A stretch of DNA of 64,000 bases, taken from positions 23,894 through 87,893 of IMG/VR virus record IMGVR_UViG_2912723979_000001. The stretch is one strand, 5' to 3'. Below, piece after piece: positions 9,983 to 18,122 of the stretch. Position 1 is the stretch's first letter, and every line of letters starts with the position of its first letter. The notes beneath the pieces are model-generated. The model was not told the DNA's origin, made no database searches, and worked only from the letters and a program-made list of their open reading frames with translations. Position numbers and translations under genes: made by a program. This DNA comes from a virus (Duplodnaviria > Caudoviricetes).

Positions 9983-10399
9983 TCAGTTCTCGGTAGCCGG
10001 TGCCTGAACGAGATGGGCGAATCGCTCGTCGGGGCCCGGACCGACCTGCACGCCCTCGGGGTATTCCATCCCCGCCGTTGCGTGGCAGATGACGTACATC
10101 TCGTCGCCGTCCCGGTGCACTGCCACGTACTGGCCAGCGAACCCGACGATCCGGCCCTCCCGGCCATCGTGCTTCACCTCCAGGCCGACACGGAGGTTCA
10201 GGCCGTAGTAGTTTCGGATGTGCTCGATGCTGTTCGCGACGCGGGTGCGGATGCTGCGGGCGTCCTCCCGTAGTTCCTCAACCCGGTCCTCGATCTCGAG
10301 CTGGCGCTCCAACGGCGAGGCCAGGTCCATGGTGTCGAGGAGTTCGCGGGCCTTACGCTCGAAGACTTCGGCGTCGGCGTAGATGGCGGCACTACTCAT
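9983..10399 (-). CDS. Hypothetical protein (coiled coil + SH3-like end)
   Basis: ATG 10399 after GAGGAC RBS in repeat. Confidence 0.65.
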   Translation of the reverse strand: MSSAAIYADAEVFERKARELLDTMDLASPLERQLEIEDRVEELREDARSIRTRVANSIEHIRNYYGLNLRVGLEVKHDGREGRIVGFAGQYVAVHRDGDEMYVICHATAGMEYPEGVQVGPGPDERFAHLVQAPATEN

Positions 10400-10410
10400 G
10401 GTCGGTGTCC

Positions 10411-10644
10411 TCACTTCTCGGTGGCGTGGCCGGCGGCCGTGACGGCGCGGGCAATCGCCAGTGCGTCCTTGACCGTGGTGGGCTCGTCTCCGACCAACTT
10501 GGCGTACACAGCCGAGGAACGCAGGAGCTTTGCGAGGGCCTGCCCAAGGTCGGGGGCGATCGTCTGTACGTCGAGCTGAAGAACCGCGTCGGCGCCGTCA
10601 ATCAACTCCTGCGCTACCTGCTCCCTGTGGCTCTTGGTTAGCAT
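10411..10644 (-). CDS. Hypothetical protein
   Basis: 77 aa ending ATEK*, start after repeat RBS. Confidence 0.6.
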   Translation of the reverse strand: MLTKSHREQVAQELIDGADAVLQLDVQTIAPDLGQALAKLLRSSAVYAKLVGDEPTTVKDALAIARAVTAAGHATEK

Positions 10645-10655
10645 GCTCAGTGTCC

Positions 10656-10913
10656 TCACTTCTCGGTGGAGTGGTCGGCAGGCAGGTGGGCGCGGCCGGC
10701 CTCGGTCAGCAGCAGCGGCTTCTTCAAGCTGACCTCCGGCCCCCACTTTGCCCAGCCGTGGCGGACGATCGCGGTGGCGGTGGCGGCGGTGATGCGTCCC
10801 CCGTTCGCGTAGACGTTGGTGTCGGCGAAGGCGCGGGCGCTACGGTAGGCGCTGCCGTCGGCGATGAGGACGAGGGCGTCCCGCTGTGCCTTGGTCGGCT
10901 TCGTAGCAGTCAT
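10656..10913 (-). CDS. Hypothetical protein (winged-helix-like, LTEAGRAHL)
   Basis: 85 aa ending STEK*. Confidence 0.6.
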   Translation of the reverse strand: MTATKPTKAQRDALVLIADGSAYRSARAFADTNVYANGGRITAATATAIVRHGWAKWGPEVSLKKPLLLTEAGRAHLPADHSTEK

Positions 10914-11113
10914 GGCCGGTGTCCTCGCTCCTCGGTGGCGCGGTCGGCGACGTTCACGACGGCGGCTACATCCAGCGAAGGGCCCGGGTTCGGCCCCTGG
11001 TAGTTGCCGCCGCAGGAGCAGTGCTGCCCCTCGTAGAGGTAGCAGTGCACGAAGTGCGGGCCGTCCGGCAGACGGTTGCCGTTGGCGATGACCTGATGCA
11101 TCAGGAAGTTCAT
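10910..11113 (-). CDS. Small Cys/His protein
   Basis: HFVHCYLYEGQHCSCGGNYQGP; paralog at 17938..18114. Confidence 0.65.
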   Translation of the reverse strand: MNFLMHQVIANGNRLPDGPHFVHCYLYEGQHCSCGGNYQGPNPGPSLDVAAVVNVADRATEERGHRP

Positions 11114-11125
11114 GGGCTGGTGTCC

Positions 11126-11428
11126 TCACTTCTCGCGGTGGTACCGGTTGACGTGGTTGTTGATGCTTTCGCGGGCGCCCCGGTAGCCGCAGCCGAGCGG
11201 GCACTCCTGCCAGAGTCCCTTGTCGACGGCTGCCTTGGTGACCGAGTTCTCGGCGTCGGGCCCGTAGCCGTGGGCGTGGAGCATCTGGGCGACGGTGCCG
11301 CCGTGGTGGATGGCGAGGAACGCGGCTTCGGCGGTCTTGTCGTGGCCGGCGGCGAAGTACCGGCCGTAACCGATCTCCCGGCCACACCCGCAATAGCAGA
11401 ACCCGGTGGGCTGAGCGGTGTCTGTCAT
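11126..11428 (-). CDS. Hypothetical Zn-binding protein
   Basis: CYCGCG, FAAGHD, CPLGCGY...NNH motifs; likely leaderless (TTGTCT-18-TAAGCT then 6 nt to ATG on minus strand). Confidence 0.7.
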   Translation of the reverse strand: MTDTAQPTGFCYCGCGREIGYGRYFAAGHDKTAEAAFLAIHHGGTVAQMLHAHGYGPDAENSVTKAAVDKGLWQECPLGCGYRGARESINNHVNRYHREK

Positions 11429-11462
11429 GCAGTCAGCTTAGCCACCCTTGCCCCATCAAGAC

Positions 11463-11484
11463 AACCCTTGGAGATCCAAGGGTT
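11463..11484. promoter_or_regulatory. 10-2-10 palindrome, probable operator
   Basis: AACCCTTGGA-GA-TCCAAGGGTT abutting the -35 of the leftward promoter in a divergent region. Confidence 0.55.
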
Positions 11485-11684
11485 TCGCGCGAAAGCCGAC
11501 CCTCAGAAAGGCCCCTAGGACACCCGAACCCAGAGCGGTCGGTGTGGCGCGACGTCCGGACGCGTCTCAGGCCGTCAGGCGGCCGTACAGCCGATCCGGC
11601 CTGTCCTGCGCCCCGTTGGAGGCAGTGCGCGCCGTGACTGGCGATAAGCTCACATATCGCGCACCAAAAGCGGTACAGTGAAGC

Positions 11685-11975
11685 ATGCCTGAAGCCTCGA
11701 CACATTCCCACGCAGCCCTCTCCGCTGCGGGCGCCGCTGAAGCCGAAACCCTCCGCTCCACCGCTGCGCGCCTCGCGGAGATCGATGGCCTGGCTGACAC
11801 CAGCGCCCTCCGCGAAGTTCTCCTCGACCTCAGCTACGCCCTTGCCAGCCTCACCGGCCCGGTCGGGGCTCTCCTTGATACCTGGAACGAAACCGCCGTC
11901 GAACCTGTCGATTCGGACGTGGACGCGCTCACCGACATCGCGGCTGTCCTCCGACACTGCGCCAACAACACCTGA
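11685..11975 (+). CDS. Hypothetical protein
   Basis: 96 aa; TACAGT 5 nt before ATG suggests leaderless mRNA; upstream of recombinase. Confidence 0.6.
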   Translation: MPEASTHSHAALSAAGAAEAETLRSTAARLAEIDGLADTSALREVLLDLSYALASLTGPVGALLDTWNETAVEPVDSDVDALTDIAAVLRHCANNT

Positions 11976-11990
11976 CCGGAGGAGGGCCGC

Positions 11991-13019
11991 GTGGCCGACA
12001 ACCTGCCTGCCAGACTCAGTGAACCCGCGCTCCTGCCCCATCAGTTCGACGACCAGCTCCGCGCCCGGCTCGCCGCCCTCGACGCCGCCTCCGACACCCA
12101 CGCCGACGACCAACGCCCCGGCAACACCACCCGCGCCTACAACGCCGACTGGAAAACCTGGGAAGCCTTCTGCACCCAGCTCCAGATCCCCACCACTGCC
12201 GCCACCCGCGGCACCCTCCGTGCGTTCGTCGACTACCTGTGGAACCGGGAACAGCGTGCCTACTCCACCATCGACCGCAAACTCGCCGGGGTCACCGTCA
12301 AGCTCCGCAAGGAGTACAAGGTCATTGTCGACCCCGAGGCCACGAAGGCGGCAAGGGAGTTGCTGAAGGACTACGCCAAGCAGGCCGCGGCCGCCGAGGA
12401 ACCCGCGCGCGGCCGCGGGAAGGCGCCCGCCCTCCGCCTCGTCACCCTCCGAGAGATCGTCGCCAAGTGCGACACCGACATCTTCGGCCTCCGCGACCGC
12501 GCCATGCTCCTCCTCGGCTTCTCCATCGCCGCCCGCCGCGCCGAACTCGCCGGCCTCCGCCTGCGGAACATCCGGCCCGACGACAACGGCCTCCTGGTCC
12601 ACGTCGCCGTCTCCAAGACCGCCCCCCGCACCGTCCCCGTCCCCTACGGCCAGAACCCCGAGACCTGCCCCGTCCGCGCCTGGCATGCCTGGGTCGACGC
12701 CGCCCGCATCACCGACCCGGACCGGCACGCGTTCCGCCGCATCCACCACACCGGGAAGGTGCAGCCCCAGGGCCTCAGCCCTCAGCGCGCCGGCGACATC
12801 ATCACCGCTGCCGGGCTCCGTGCCGGATGCGAGGACCTCTTCACCGGCCACTCCGTCCGCTCCGGCCTCGCCACCGAAGCACGCCGCGCCGGGAAGGACC
12901 GCAAGGCCATCGCCGCGATCACCGGCCACAAGAAAGGCTCGAAGGTCCTGGACGGCTACATGCAGATCGTCGACCAGTGGGACGAGAAGGACAACGCCCT
13001 GATCGGACTCGGCCTCTGA
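11991..13019 (+). CDS. Tyrosine recombinase (Cre/resolvase-like)
   Basis: NTTRAYNADW N-domain; RDRAMLLLGFSIAARRAEL (R), SKT (K), GHSVRSG (HxxR), TGH, DGY (Y) all present. Confidence 0.9.
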   Translation: MADNLPARLSEPALLPHQFDDQLRARLAALDAASDTHADDQRPGNTTRAYNADWKTWEAFCTQLQIPTTAATRGTLRAFVDYLWNREQRAYSTIDRKLAGVTVKLRKEYKVIVDPEATKAARELLKDYAKQAAAAEEPARGRGKAPALRLVTLREIVAKCDTDIFGLRDRAMLLLGFSIAARRAELAGLRLRNIRPDDNGLLVHVAVSKTAPRTVPVPYGQNPETCPVRAWHAWVDAARITDPDRHAFRRIHHTGKVQPQGLSPQRAGDIITAAGLRAGCEDLFTGHSVRSGLATEARRAGKDRKAIAAITGHKKGSKVLDGYMQIVDQWDEKDNALIGLGL

Positions 13020-13038
13020 GATACAGGGAGACCCAAGT

Positions 13039-13293
13039 ATGTACATCGACCCACGCCTTGTGGCGATTGACGCCACTGCCGATGAACGACACCCGACTGA
13101 GGTATTCGAGGCTCAGTTCACCGTCGTCGCCGACAACCTTTTCGCCGGCTACCTGCGCGACCCGCAACGCACAGACGCCATGCTGCGCCGCGATGGACTC
13201 ACCAAGACGGCTGACCGGCTGGTCGAAGTCCTCGGTTCCCGCTGGTGGGAGGACCTTCCGACAGAAGACGGCTCCGAGAACGCCCAGCACTGA
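13039..13293 (+). CDS. Hypothetical protein
   Basis: 84 aa with GGGAG RBS. Confidence 0.55.
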   Translation: MYIDPRLVAIDATADERHPTEVFEAQFTVVADNLFAGYLRDPQRTDAMLRRDGLTKTADRLVEVLGSRWWEDLPTEDGSENAQH

Positions 13294-13330
13294 TGTCGGC
13301 AGTCTCCAGCATTTGTTGGTAACTGACCTG

Positions 13331-13376
13331 GCCCGGTCGGCTCCTTCCTACACGCCGCGGAGCCGACCGGGCTTTC
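13331..13376 (+). terminator. Intrinsic terminator
   Basis: 14-bp stem GCCCGGTCGGCTCC/GGAGCCGACCGGGC followed by TTTCG. Confidence 0.8.
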
Positions 13377-13513
13377 GTGCGCCCGCGTCTGACCTGGAGT
13401 TCTCGTAGGAGCGGCGCCCATGCCGAGCCGGGAGTCCACGCCGTGTCTCCTGTCGGCCGACGGTCCAGCACTGCGAAGGGGTGAACAGTTCCCCTACGCG
13501 CTGGAGGCGCGCG

Positions 13514-13660
13514 ATGCCGATTCACGAACTGATCCACCAGGCCGAGGGCTTCCTGCACTGGTACGACCTCATCCGTGTGTTCGGAGGCGACCTGGTCCAG
13601 GTGGTCCGCTGGGTGCTGCTGCGCCCGGGCGCCGGCCGTCACCGGCGGCCGCGAGGCTAG
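13514..13660 (+). CDS. Small hypothetical protein (48 aa)
   Basis: GGAGG RBS; MPIHELIHQAEGFLHWYDLIRVFGGDLVQVVRWVLLRPG...; below track cutoff. Confidence 0.4.
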   Translation: MPIHELIHQAEGFLHWYDLIRVFGGDLVQVVRWVLLRPGAGRHRRPRG

Positions 13661-13980
13661 CCGGGCGCGGGGAGCGCGTCACGGAGGTAGACGGGGAGGG
13701 CCTCGCGTACCGCGGGGCTCGCCTCCCAGCTGCCGATGGCGAGTTCGTCGGCTGTGACGGTGACCCGGGTTCCGGTGTCGGTGTAGGCGACGGCCCGTAA
13801 CGTGTCCCCGGGCCGGGGTGGCGCCGCGGCAAGGTGGCCGGCGAGTACGGCGCGGGCGATGTCGGCGAGCGCCGCGGTGGTGGTGGCGCGCCCGTATCTC
13901 TGGCAGATCCACACGCCGCTGAACGGCTCGTGGAGTTCCACCTGCCAGGTGAGGCGGGTGGGGGTGTCTTCGCAGGTCAT
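13657..13980 (-). CDS. Hypothetical protein
   Basis: 107 aa, ordinary composition. Confidence 0.55.
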   Translation of the reverse strand: MTCEDTPTRLTWQVELHEPFSGVWICQRYGRATTTAALADIARAVLAGHLAAAPPRPGDTLRAVAYTDTGTRVTVTADELAIGSWEASPAVREALPVYLRDALPAPG

Positions 13981-14037
13981 GGGCTGATCTTGCCCTGTGC
14001 TGCGGGTGCTGGATGCGAGTACTGGCGGGTTACTTGC

Positions 14038-14649
14038 CTACCGCTTGATCTCGCCTGCGCTGGATGGGGAGCCGCCGAGTCTCCACGTGGACTGCTTGTG
14101 GGACCGGGTCGCGCCCGAGTCGATGACGTCATCAACCCATGAATGCCCAGGGACGCAGGCCAGGTGTGCCCATCCTCCGCCGGGCGCTGGCGCGACCTCG
14201 GCCCTTCGCCCGCGGGGCTTCTCGCACACCGCGCAGACGGCGAGGCCGCTGCCGCCTTGGCGGAACGGTGACGTAGGGAACGTGCGGAGGGAGAAGGAAG
14301 GCGGCGCATCGATCCGGACGACCTGCAGCATCTCGGGAAGCGGCTCGCTGCTGCGCCCCTGGCGCCTGCGGGTCGGCTTGTCGGGGGCGAGCTTGCGCAC
14401 GCCAGCGGTGTTTGCCCCTGCTGAGGCGGCCTTGGCCTTGGGCGTCTTCTTCGTGCCCGTCTGACGGCGCTGGGTCTGCTTCTGCGGTGCTCGCTGAGGG
14501 GGTGCTCCGGAACCTGCCTTGATGGCCTGGTTGAGGCATGCGGCGTGGCAGGTCTTTCCGGAACGGGCTTGCGCGGTGGGCTTGTTGCCAAGCAGCTTGC
14601 GGCAGATGGCGCAGGACCGTTCACCGGTGTGCGGCGTGCGGGAGGTCAC
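14038..14649 (-). CDS. Hypothetical protein with two Zn-finger-like ends
   Basis: CAIC...CHAAC and CAVC...WAHLAC separated by basic linker; GTGA overlap with XRE gene. Confidence 0.55.
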   Translation of the reverse strand: MTSRTPHTGERSCAICRKLLGNKPTAQARSGKTCHAACLNQAIKAGSGAPPQRAPQKQTQRRQTGTKKTPKAKAASAGANTAGVRKLAPDKPTRRRQGRSSEPLPEMLQVVRIDAPPSFSLRTFPTSPFRQGGSGLAVCAVCEKPRGRRAEVAPAPGGGWAHLACVPGHSWVDDVIDSGATRSHKQSTWRLGGSPSSAGEIKR

Positions 14650-15068
14650 GTCGGCAGCGTAGCGGCTTCGTTCTGCATACGGAGGGCGAGTTCTATACCG
14701 CTCATCAGCATGTGTCGGATGAGCGGGTCCGTAATGCCCAGTGCCTGTACCGCTCCATATGGCGTCAGCGCTTGAGGCTCATCCTGTTTTGGCCAGGCGT
14801 CCTCCGAGATCGTGCCAGCTGCCACGAAGAGATCCCGTACGTCGCATCGCACCTCGCGGGCGATGCTCTCAAACTGGGCGGGATGCGGGAGGGTTCGCCC
14901 GTTCAGCATGCGAGTGACTGCCGAGTGACTCATGCCGGTGCGCTCGGCAAACAAGATGCGGTTGCCGGTGCCAGGGGAGAGGTCAAGGCCGATTCTGCTG
15001 GCGAGGTCGGCGACAAGCTCACCGAAGCGTTGCGCAGGAGTCTCTTTGGTCTCTGCAGTCGGTTCCAT
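14646..15068 (-). CDS. XRE-family HTH regulator
   Basis: FAERTGMSHSAVTRMLNGRTLP HTH; ATG 15068. Confidence 0.85.
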   Translation of the reverse strand: MEPTAETKETPAQRFGELVADLASRIGLDLSPGTGNRILFAERTGMSHSAVTRMLNGRTLPHPAQFESIAREVRCDVRDLFVAAGTISEDAWPKQDEPQALTPYGAVQALGITDPLIRHMLMSGIELALRMQNEAATLPT

Positions 15069-15169
15069 GAGCCGAAGATAGCACGCGTGCAATCGGCAGT
15101 GCACGCGTGCGCTGTGTCACTTCCCGGCGAGTGCCGGGGCAGACCTCTCGGCTTGCCCCGGCCGTGCCC

Positions 15170-15340
15170 TTACCGGCTCGTCACCAGGAACACGGCAAAG
15201 CTGATCATGCTGCTGCCGAGGCCGTACGCCATACCCCGCACGAGGTGCTGCTGGACGCGCCACTCCAGCAGCTGGCGGAACAGCCTGGCCCATGGGCTCT
15301 GCTCGGGCCGGTTCTCGGCGTCGGTGTTGCTACCGTTCAT
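15170..15340 (-). CDS. Small membrane protein
   Basis: ATG 15340 after GGAG; RGMAYGLGSSMISFAVFLV tail; paralog of 9113..9307. Confidence 0.6.
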   Translation of the reverse strand: MNGSNTDAENRPEQSPWARLFRQLLEWRVQQHLVRGMAYGLGSSMISFAVFLVTSR

Positions 15341-15611
15341 GGCGGGTGTCTCCTCTGTCGTCGCTGAGTGGGCCCGCATGCGGGAGTCTCCGTCCGACAG
15401 GTGCCTGGCAGGGCGTCGGCCGGGGGCTTCCGTTGCATGAGGGGAGCGAATTGCTCTGCGGACGACGGTGCCTGACGGCCTGTTAGCGAAGCAACCACGA
15501 GATGGCCTAGCACTACCGGGCCCCAGACGGCGTACTGCGATGTCCCGCAGTGACATTGGTGGCCTACTGGCGGGCCGCGCGCTGTTACAGAACGGTGACA
15601 TAACCCGGCGC

Positions 15612-16487
15612 TCAGTCTGCCCGTCTGGGTTCTGGGGTGTCCCAGTAGCCGGTGTGGGCGATGGTGTCGGCGGTGACGGGCGGTTGCCGGTCGGCGAGGA
15701 GGGGATGGGTGGCGCACATCTGCCCGACGAGCTTGTTGACCCAGCGGGACTGGAGCGGCTGGCGGTCCTTGTTCAGCAGGAGCCGGTGCTCGGTGGGGTC
15801 GGCGGGTTCGGGCCGGACTTTCAGGTAGTCCTTCAGCGCGGCCCCGGTGAGCGGTTCGAGGGTGAACTGCTTGCCGACGTTCTCGTGGTCGTCGGGGGCG
15901 CGGATTTCCCAGGTGCCGTCGGGCTGGGGGTAGAGGTGGCGTTTGTCGACGCGGACGACCTGGGCGGGGCGGAGGCCTTCGAGGAGGAGCCAGACGGCGA
16001 GGCGGTCGCGTTGGTAGTGCCGGGAGTGGGTGGGTCCCCAGGAGCCGATGACGGTGAAGAGGACGGCGCGTTCCATGCGGTCGAGGCGGTTTTTGGCGCC
16101 GGCGGGGCGGGTGACGCCGGAGCGCAGGGCGGTGAGGTTCGGGGGGAGGGTGATGGCGCCGCGGTCTTTGGCGGCTTCGTAGTACATGGTGAGGGCGGTG
16201 ATGCGCCGGTCGTGGCTGCGGGCGACTTCGGGGTGCTGGTCTGCGAGGGTGGCGAGGCTTGCGGGGGTGAAGGCGAGGCCTGCGAGGTAGGGGTGGAGGA
16301 AGGTGGCGGCGGACCAGGCGGCAATGTCGACGGGCCGGGCGGTGAGGGCGTCGATGGGCGGGTGCTGCTGGCGGCACCAGGTGAGGAAGCCTTTGGGGCC
16401 GGCGAGTTCGCGTAGGTACTCGGCTCGGGTGGAGGGGCGCAGGGCTGAGCCGGCGAGCCAGGTGTGCAGGAGTTCCTCGGCGTCCAT
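15612..16487 (-). CDS. Tyrosine-recombinase-fold protein lacking catalytic C-terminus
   Basis: STRAEY N-domain and RDRLAVWLLLEGLRPAQ box I present; box II degenerate (VTADTIAHTG); ends soon after. Confidence 0.75.
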   Translation of the reverse strand: MDAEELLHTWLAGSALRPSTRAEYLRELAGPKGFLTWCRQQHPPIDALTARPVDIAAWSAATFLHPYLAGLAFTPASLATLADQHPEVARSHDRRITALTMYYEAAKDRGAITLPPNLTALRSGVTRPAGAKNRLDRMERAVLFTVIGSWGPTHSRHYQRDRLAVWLLLEGLRPAQVVRVDKRHLYPQPDGTWEIRAPDDHENVGKQFTLEPLTGAALKDYLKVRPEPADPTEHRLLLNKDRQPLQSRWVNKLVGQMCATHPLLADRQPPVTADTIAHTGYWDTPEPRRAD

Positions 16488-16770
16488 GCCGGTAGTCTGC
16501 CCGCCCTACTGACTAGTTACAAAACTTCCGGGCTGCCTCGGCCCTGGTAGCGGGTGGTTGCGGTACGGCGCGAGGGCGCGGGGTGGGGTCGCGCGGGCTT
16601 CTCTTAGTGGGTGGTGGGGCCGGAAGTTTTGTGACCTTGCCGATCATGGGGTGAGGGGTGTGGTGCCGCGGGGCTTCGCCGGTGGGATCACGCTACGGGC
16701 GATCCGCCGCGGTGTTCCCTCCGCTCCCGTTCCGGCGTGGCGCGGAACCGCGTGTGGCAGGGTGAGCCGC

Positions 16771-17499
16771 ATGTCGAACCCAGCACAGCCCGAGCGCCCG
16801 CGATCGCTCCTGGAAGCCTCCCTCGCCCTCGGCGACGGTCCCACCCTGCGCCAGCTCCGCGAGGCCATAACTGCCCCAGGGCCGGCCGCGATCAGCCAAA
16901 TAGCCGCCCTGGCCGGCCAGGGCGAACGGCAGCGCCAGAGCTGGAACAGGTTCCTGGCCGAAGCAGTACGCGCCCAGGACACATCCAGGCGCCTGCTGCG
17001 CGACACCGTGATGCACCAGTGGGGAAACGCCGCCGCCATGCGGCTGCTGCAATCCGCCGCGCCCACCCGGAGAACCCTCACGACCGAGGACGTCGTCCAG
17101 GTCCTGCGGGACATGGACGCCTGGCGCGGCATGCCGCCGGCTCAGCAGCTGGCCGCCTTCACCGTCGTGGACGAGACGTACGGGTCCGCAGCCGTCCAGG
17201 ACGACGAGCAGGTACCCGACGAGCTGGTGGACGAGTTCGAGGACACGGCCCGTACGTTCCTCTCCTCCAACGCCGGCCTGCTGCCGCCGAAGATGCAGCG
17301 GACCCTGTTCGTGTACTTCTGCGGGCTCATCGTTCTCGTCGCGCTCATGCAGGCGTCGTTCACCTCCGACGCTGTCGACGCCGTTCTCGGCAAGGCTGCC
17401 GACTTCGCACCGTTCGCCGGCGCTGCCATGCTGGCCGCGGGAAAGGCCTTCGACCGCTACACCGGCAACCAGAACGACGAGGATGACACGGACAGCTGA
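16771..17499 (+). CDS. Hypothetical membrane protein
   Basis: ATG 16771; helical N-part, C-terminal TM segments. Confidence 0.6.
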   Translation: MSNPAQPERPRSLLEASLALGDGPTLRQLREAITAPGPAAISQIAALAGQGERQRQSWNRFLAEAVRAQDTSRRLLRDTVMHQWGNAAAMRLLQSAAPTRRTLTTEDVVQVLRDMDAWRGMPPAQQLAAFTVVDETYGSAAVQDDEQVPDELVDEFEDTARTFLSSNAGLLPPKMQRTLFVYFCGLIVLVALMQASFTSDAVDAVLGKAADFAPFAGAAMLAAGKAFDRYTGNQNDEDDTDS

Positions 17500-17502
17500 C
17501 GC

Positions 17503-17703
17503 TCACAGCCCCGGTATCGGGTCCTGGTCGACGTCCCGCCGTTCCAGACGGGTCCGGTAGTCGGGATCGCATTCCGGCCCGTACCCGCGCCTGCGCGATT
17601 CCTCGTCGTGAAGCTCCCTGCCGCAGCCCGGCCCGCGGCACCACACACGCCGGCGCAGTCCGGACGGCTGCCCGGTGAGGGCTTCCTGCTCCTGAAAGGC
17701 CAT
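17503..17703 (-). CDS. Small Zn-binding protein (DUF6011-like)
   Basis: CRGPGCGRELHDEESRRRGYGPEC motif. Confidence 0.7.
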   Translation of the reverse strand: MAFQEQEALTGQPSGLRRRVWCRGPGCGRELHDEESRRRGYGPECDPDYRTRLERRDVDQDPIPGL

Positions 17704-17937
17704 GGCTCCAGTGTGATCCGTGAAAGGGGCTAGCGGGCTGCGGAGTACCAGAGTTAGCATGCGCTCACGCGCTCAGTGTCTCCATGGCCGCCAAGTCCCA
17801 CTCGGACTGGCGGCCTTCGTCATGTGTCGCGAGCGGGTCTTGATCGTTGCCGCGAAGATTTGCTACGCTGCGCGAGCGCGATCAGTACATCCAAGGCCAC
17901 TACCCACTATGGGCAGTGGCCTTCGTCATCTCCGGAG

Positions 17938-18114
17938 TCAGCGGGGATCGCTTGCCTTCTGCGGGGCGACCAGGTTGAACGGCCGGGGCGGCAGGTCGAG
18001 CCGCGGCCCGGCGTCTGGCCCCTGGTAGTTGCCGCCGCACGAGCAGAAGCTGCCCTCGTAGACGTAGCAGTGGACGAAGTGGCGGCCGTGCGGGTGGCCG
18101 GGCGTGGGTTCCAT
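17938..18114 (-). CDS. Small Cys/His protein (58 aa)
   Basis: AGGAG RBS; HFVHCYVYEGSFCSCGGNYQGP; below track cutoff. Confidence 0.7.
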   Translation of the reverse strand: MEPTPGHPHGRHFVHCYVYEGSFCSCGGNYQGPDAGPRLDLPPRPFNLVAPQKASDPR

Positions 18115-18122
18115 GGCTTCTC

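Larger units (their letters stand above)
9976..11142 (-). repeat. Five copies of ~21-bp junction repeat CCACCGAGAAGTGAGGACAC
   Basis: Copies at about 9976-9997, 10405-10429, 10650-10674, 10918-10948, 11119-11142; each spans stop codon and next RBS. Confidence 0.85.

Noticed and set aside
9976-11142. CRISPR array interpretation of the junction repeats
   Set aside because: Spacers are 200-400 bp whole genes, repeats are degenerate and include stop and RBS, and no cas genes are present
11433-13076. Long antisense ORFs (547 aa here; also 6494..7591, 20468..21703, 31985..33271, 44004..45059)
   Set aside because: Shadows of real genes on the other strand caused by GC3 bias; no motifs or RBS
15612-16487. 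Second active integrase or transposase
   Set aside because: HxxR box and C-terminal catalytic helices are missing; kept as a dead-fold protein
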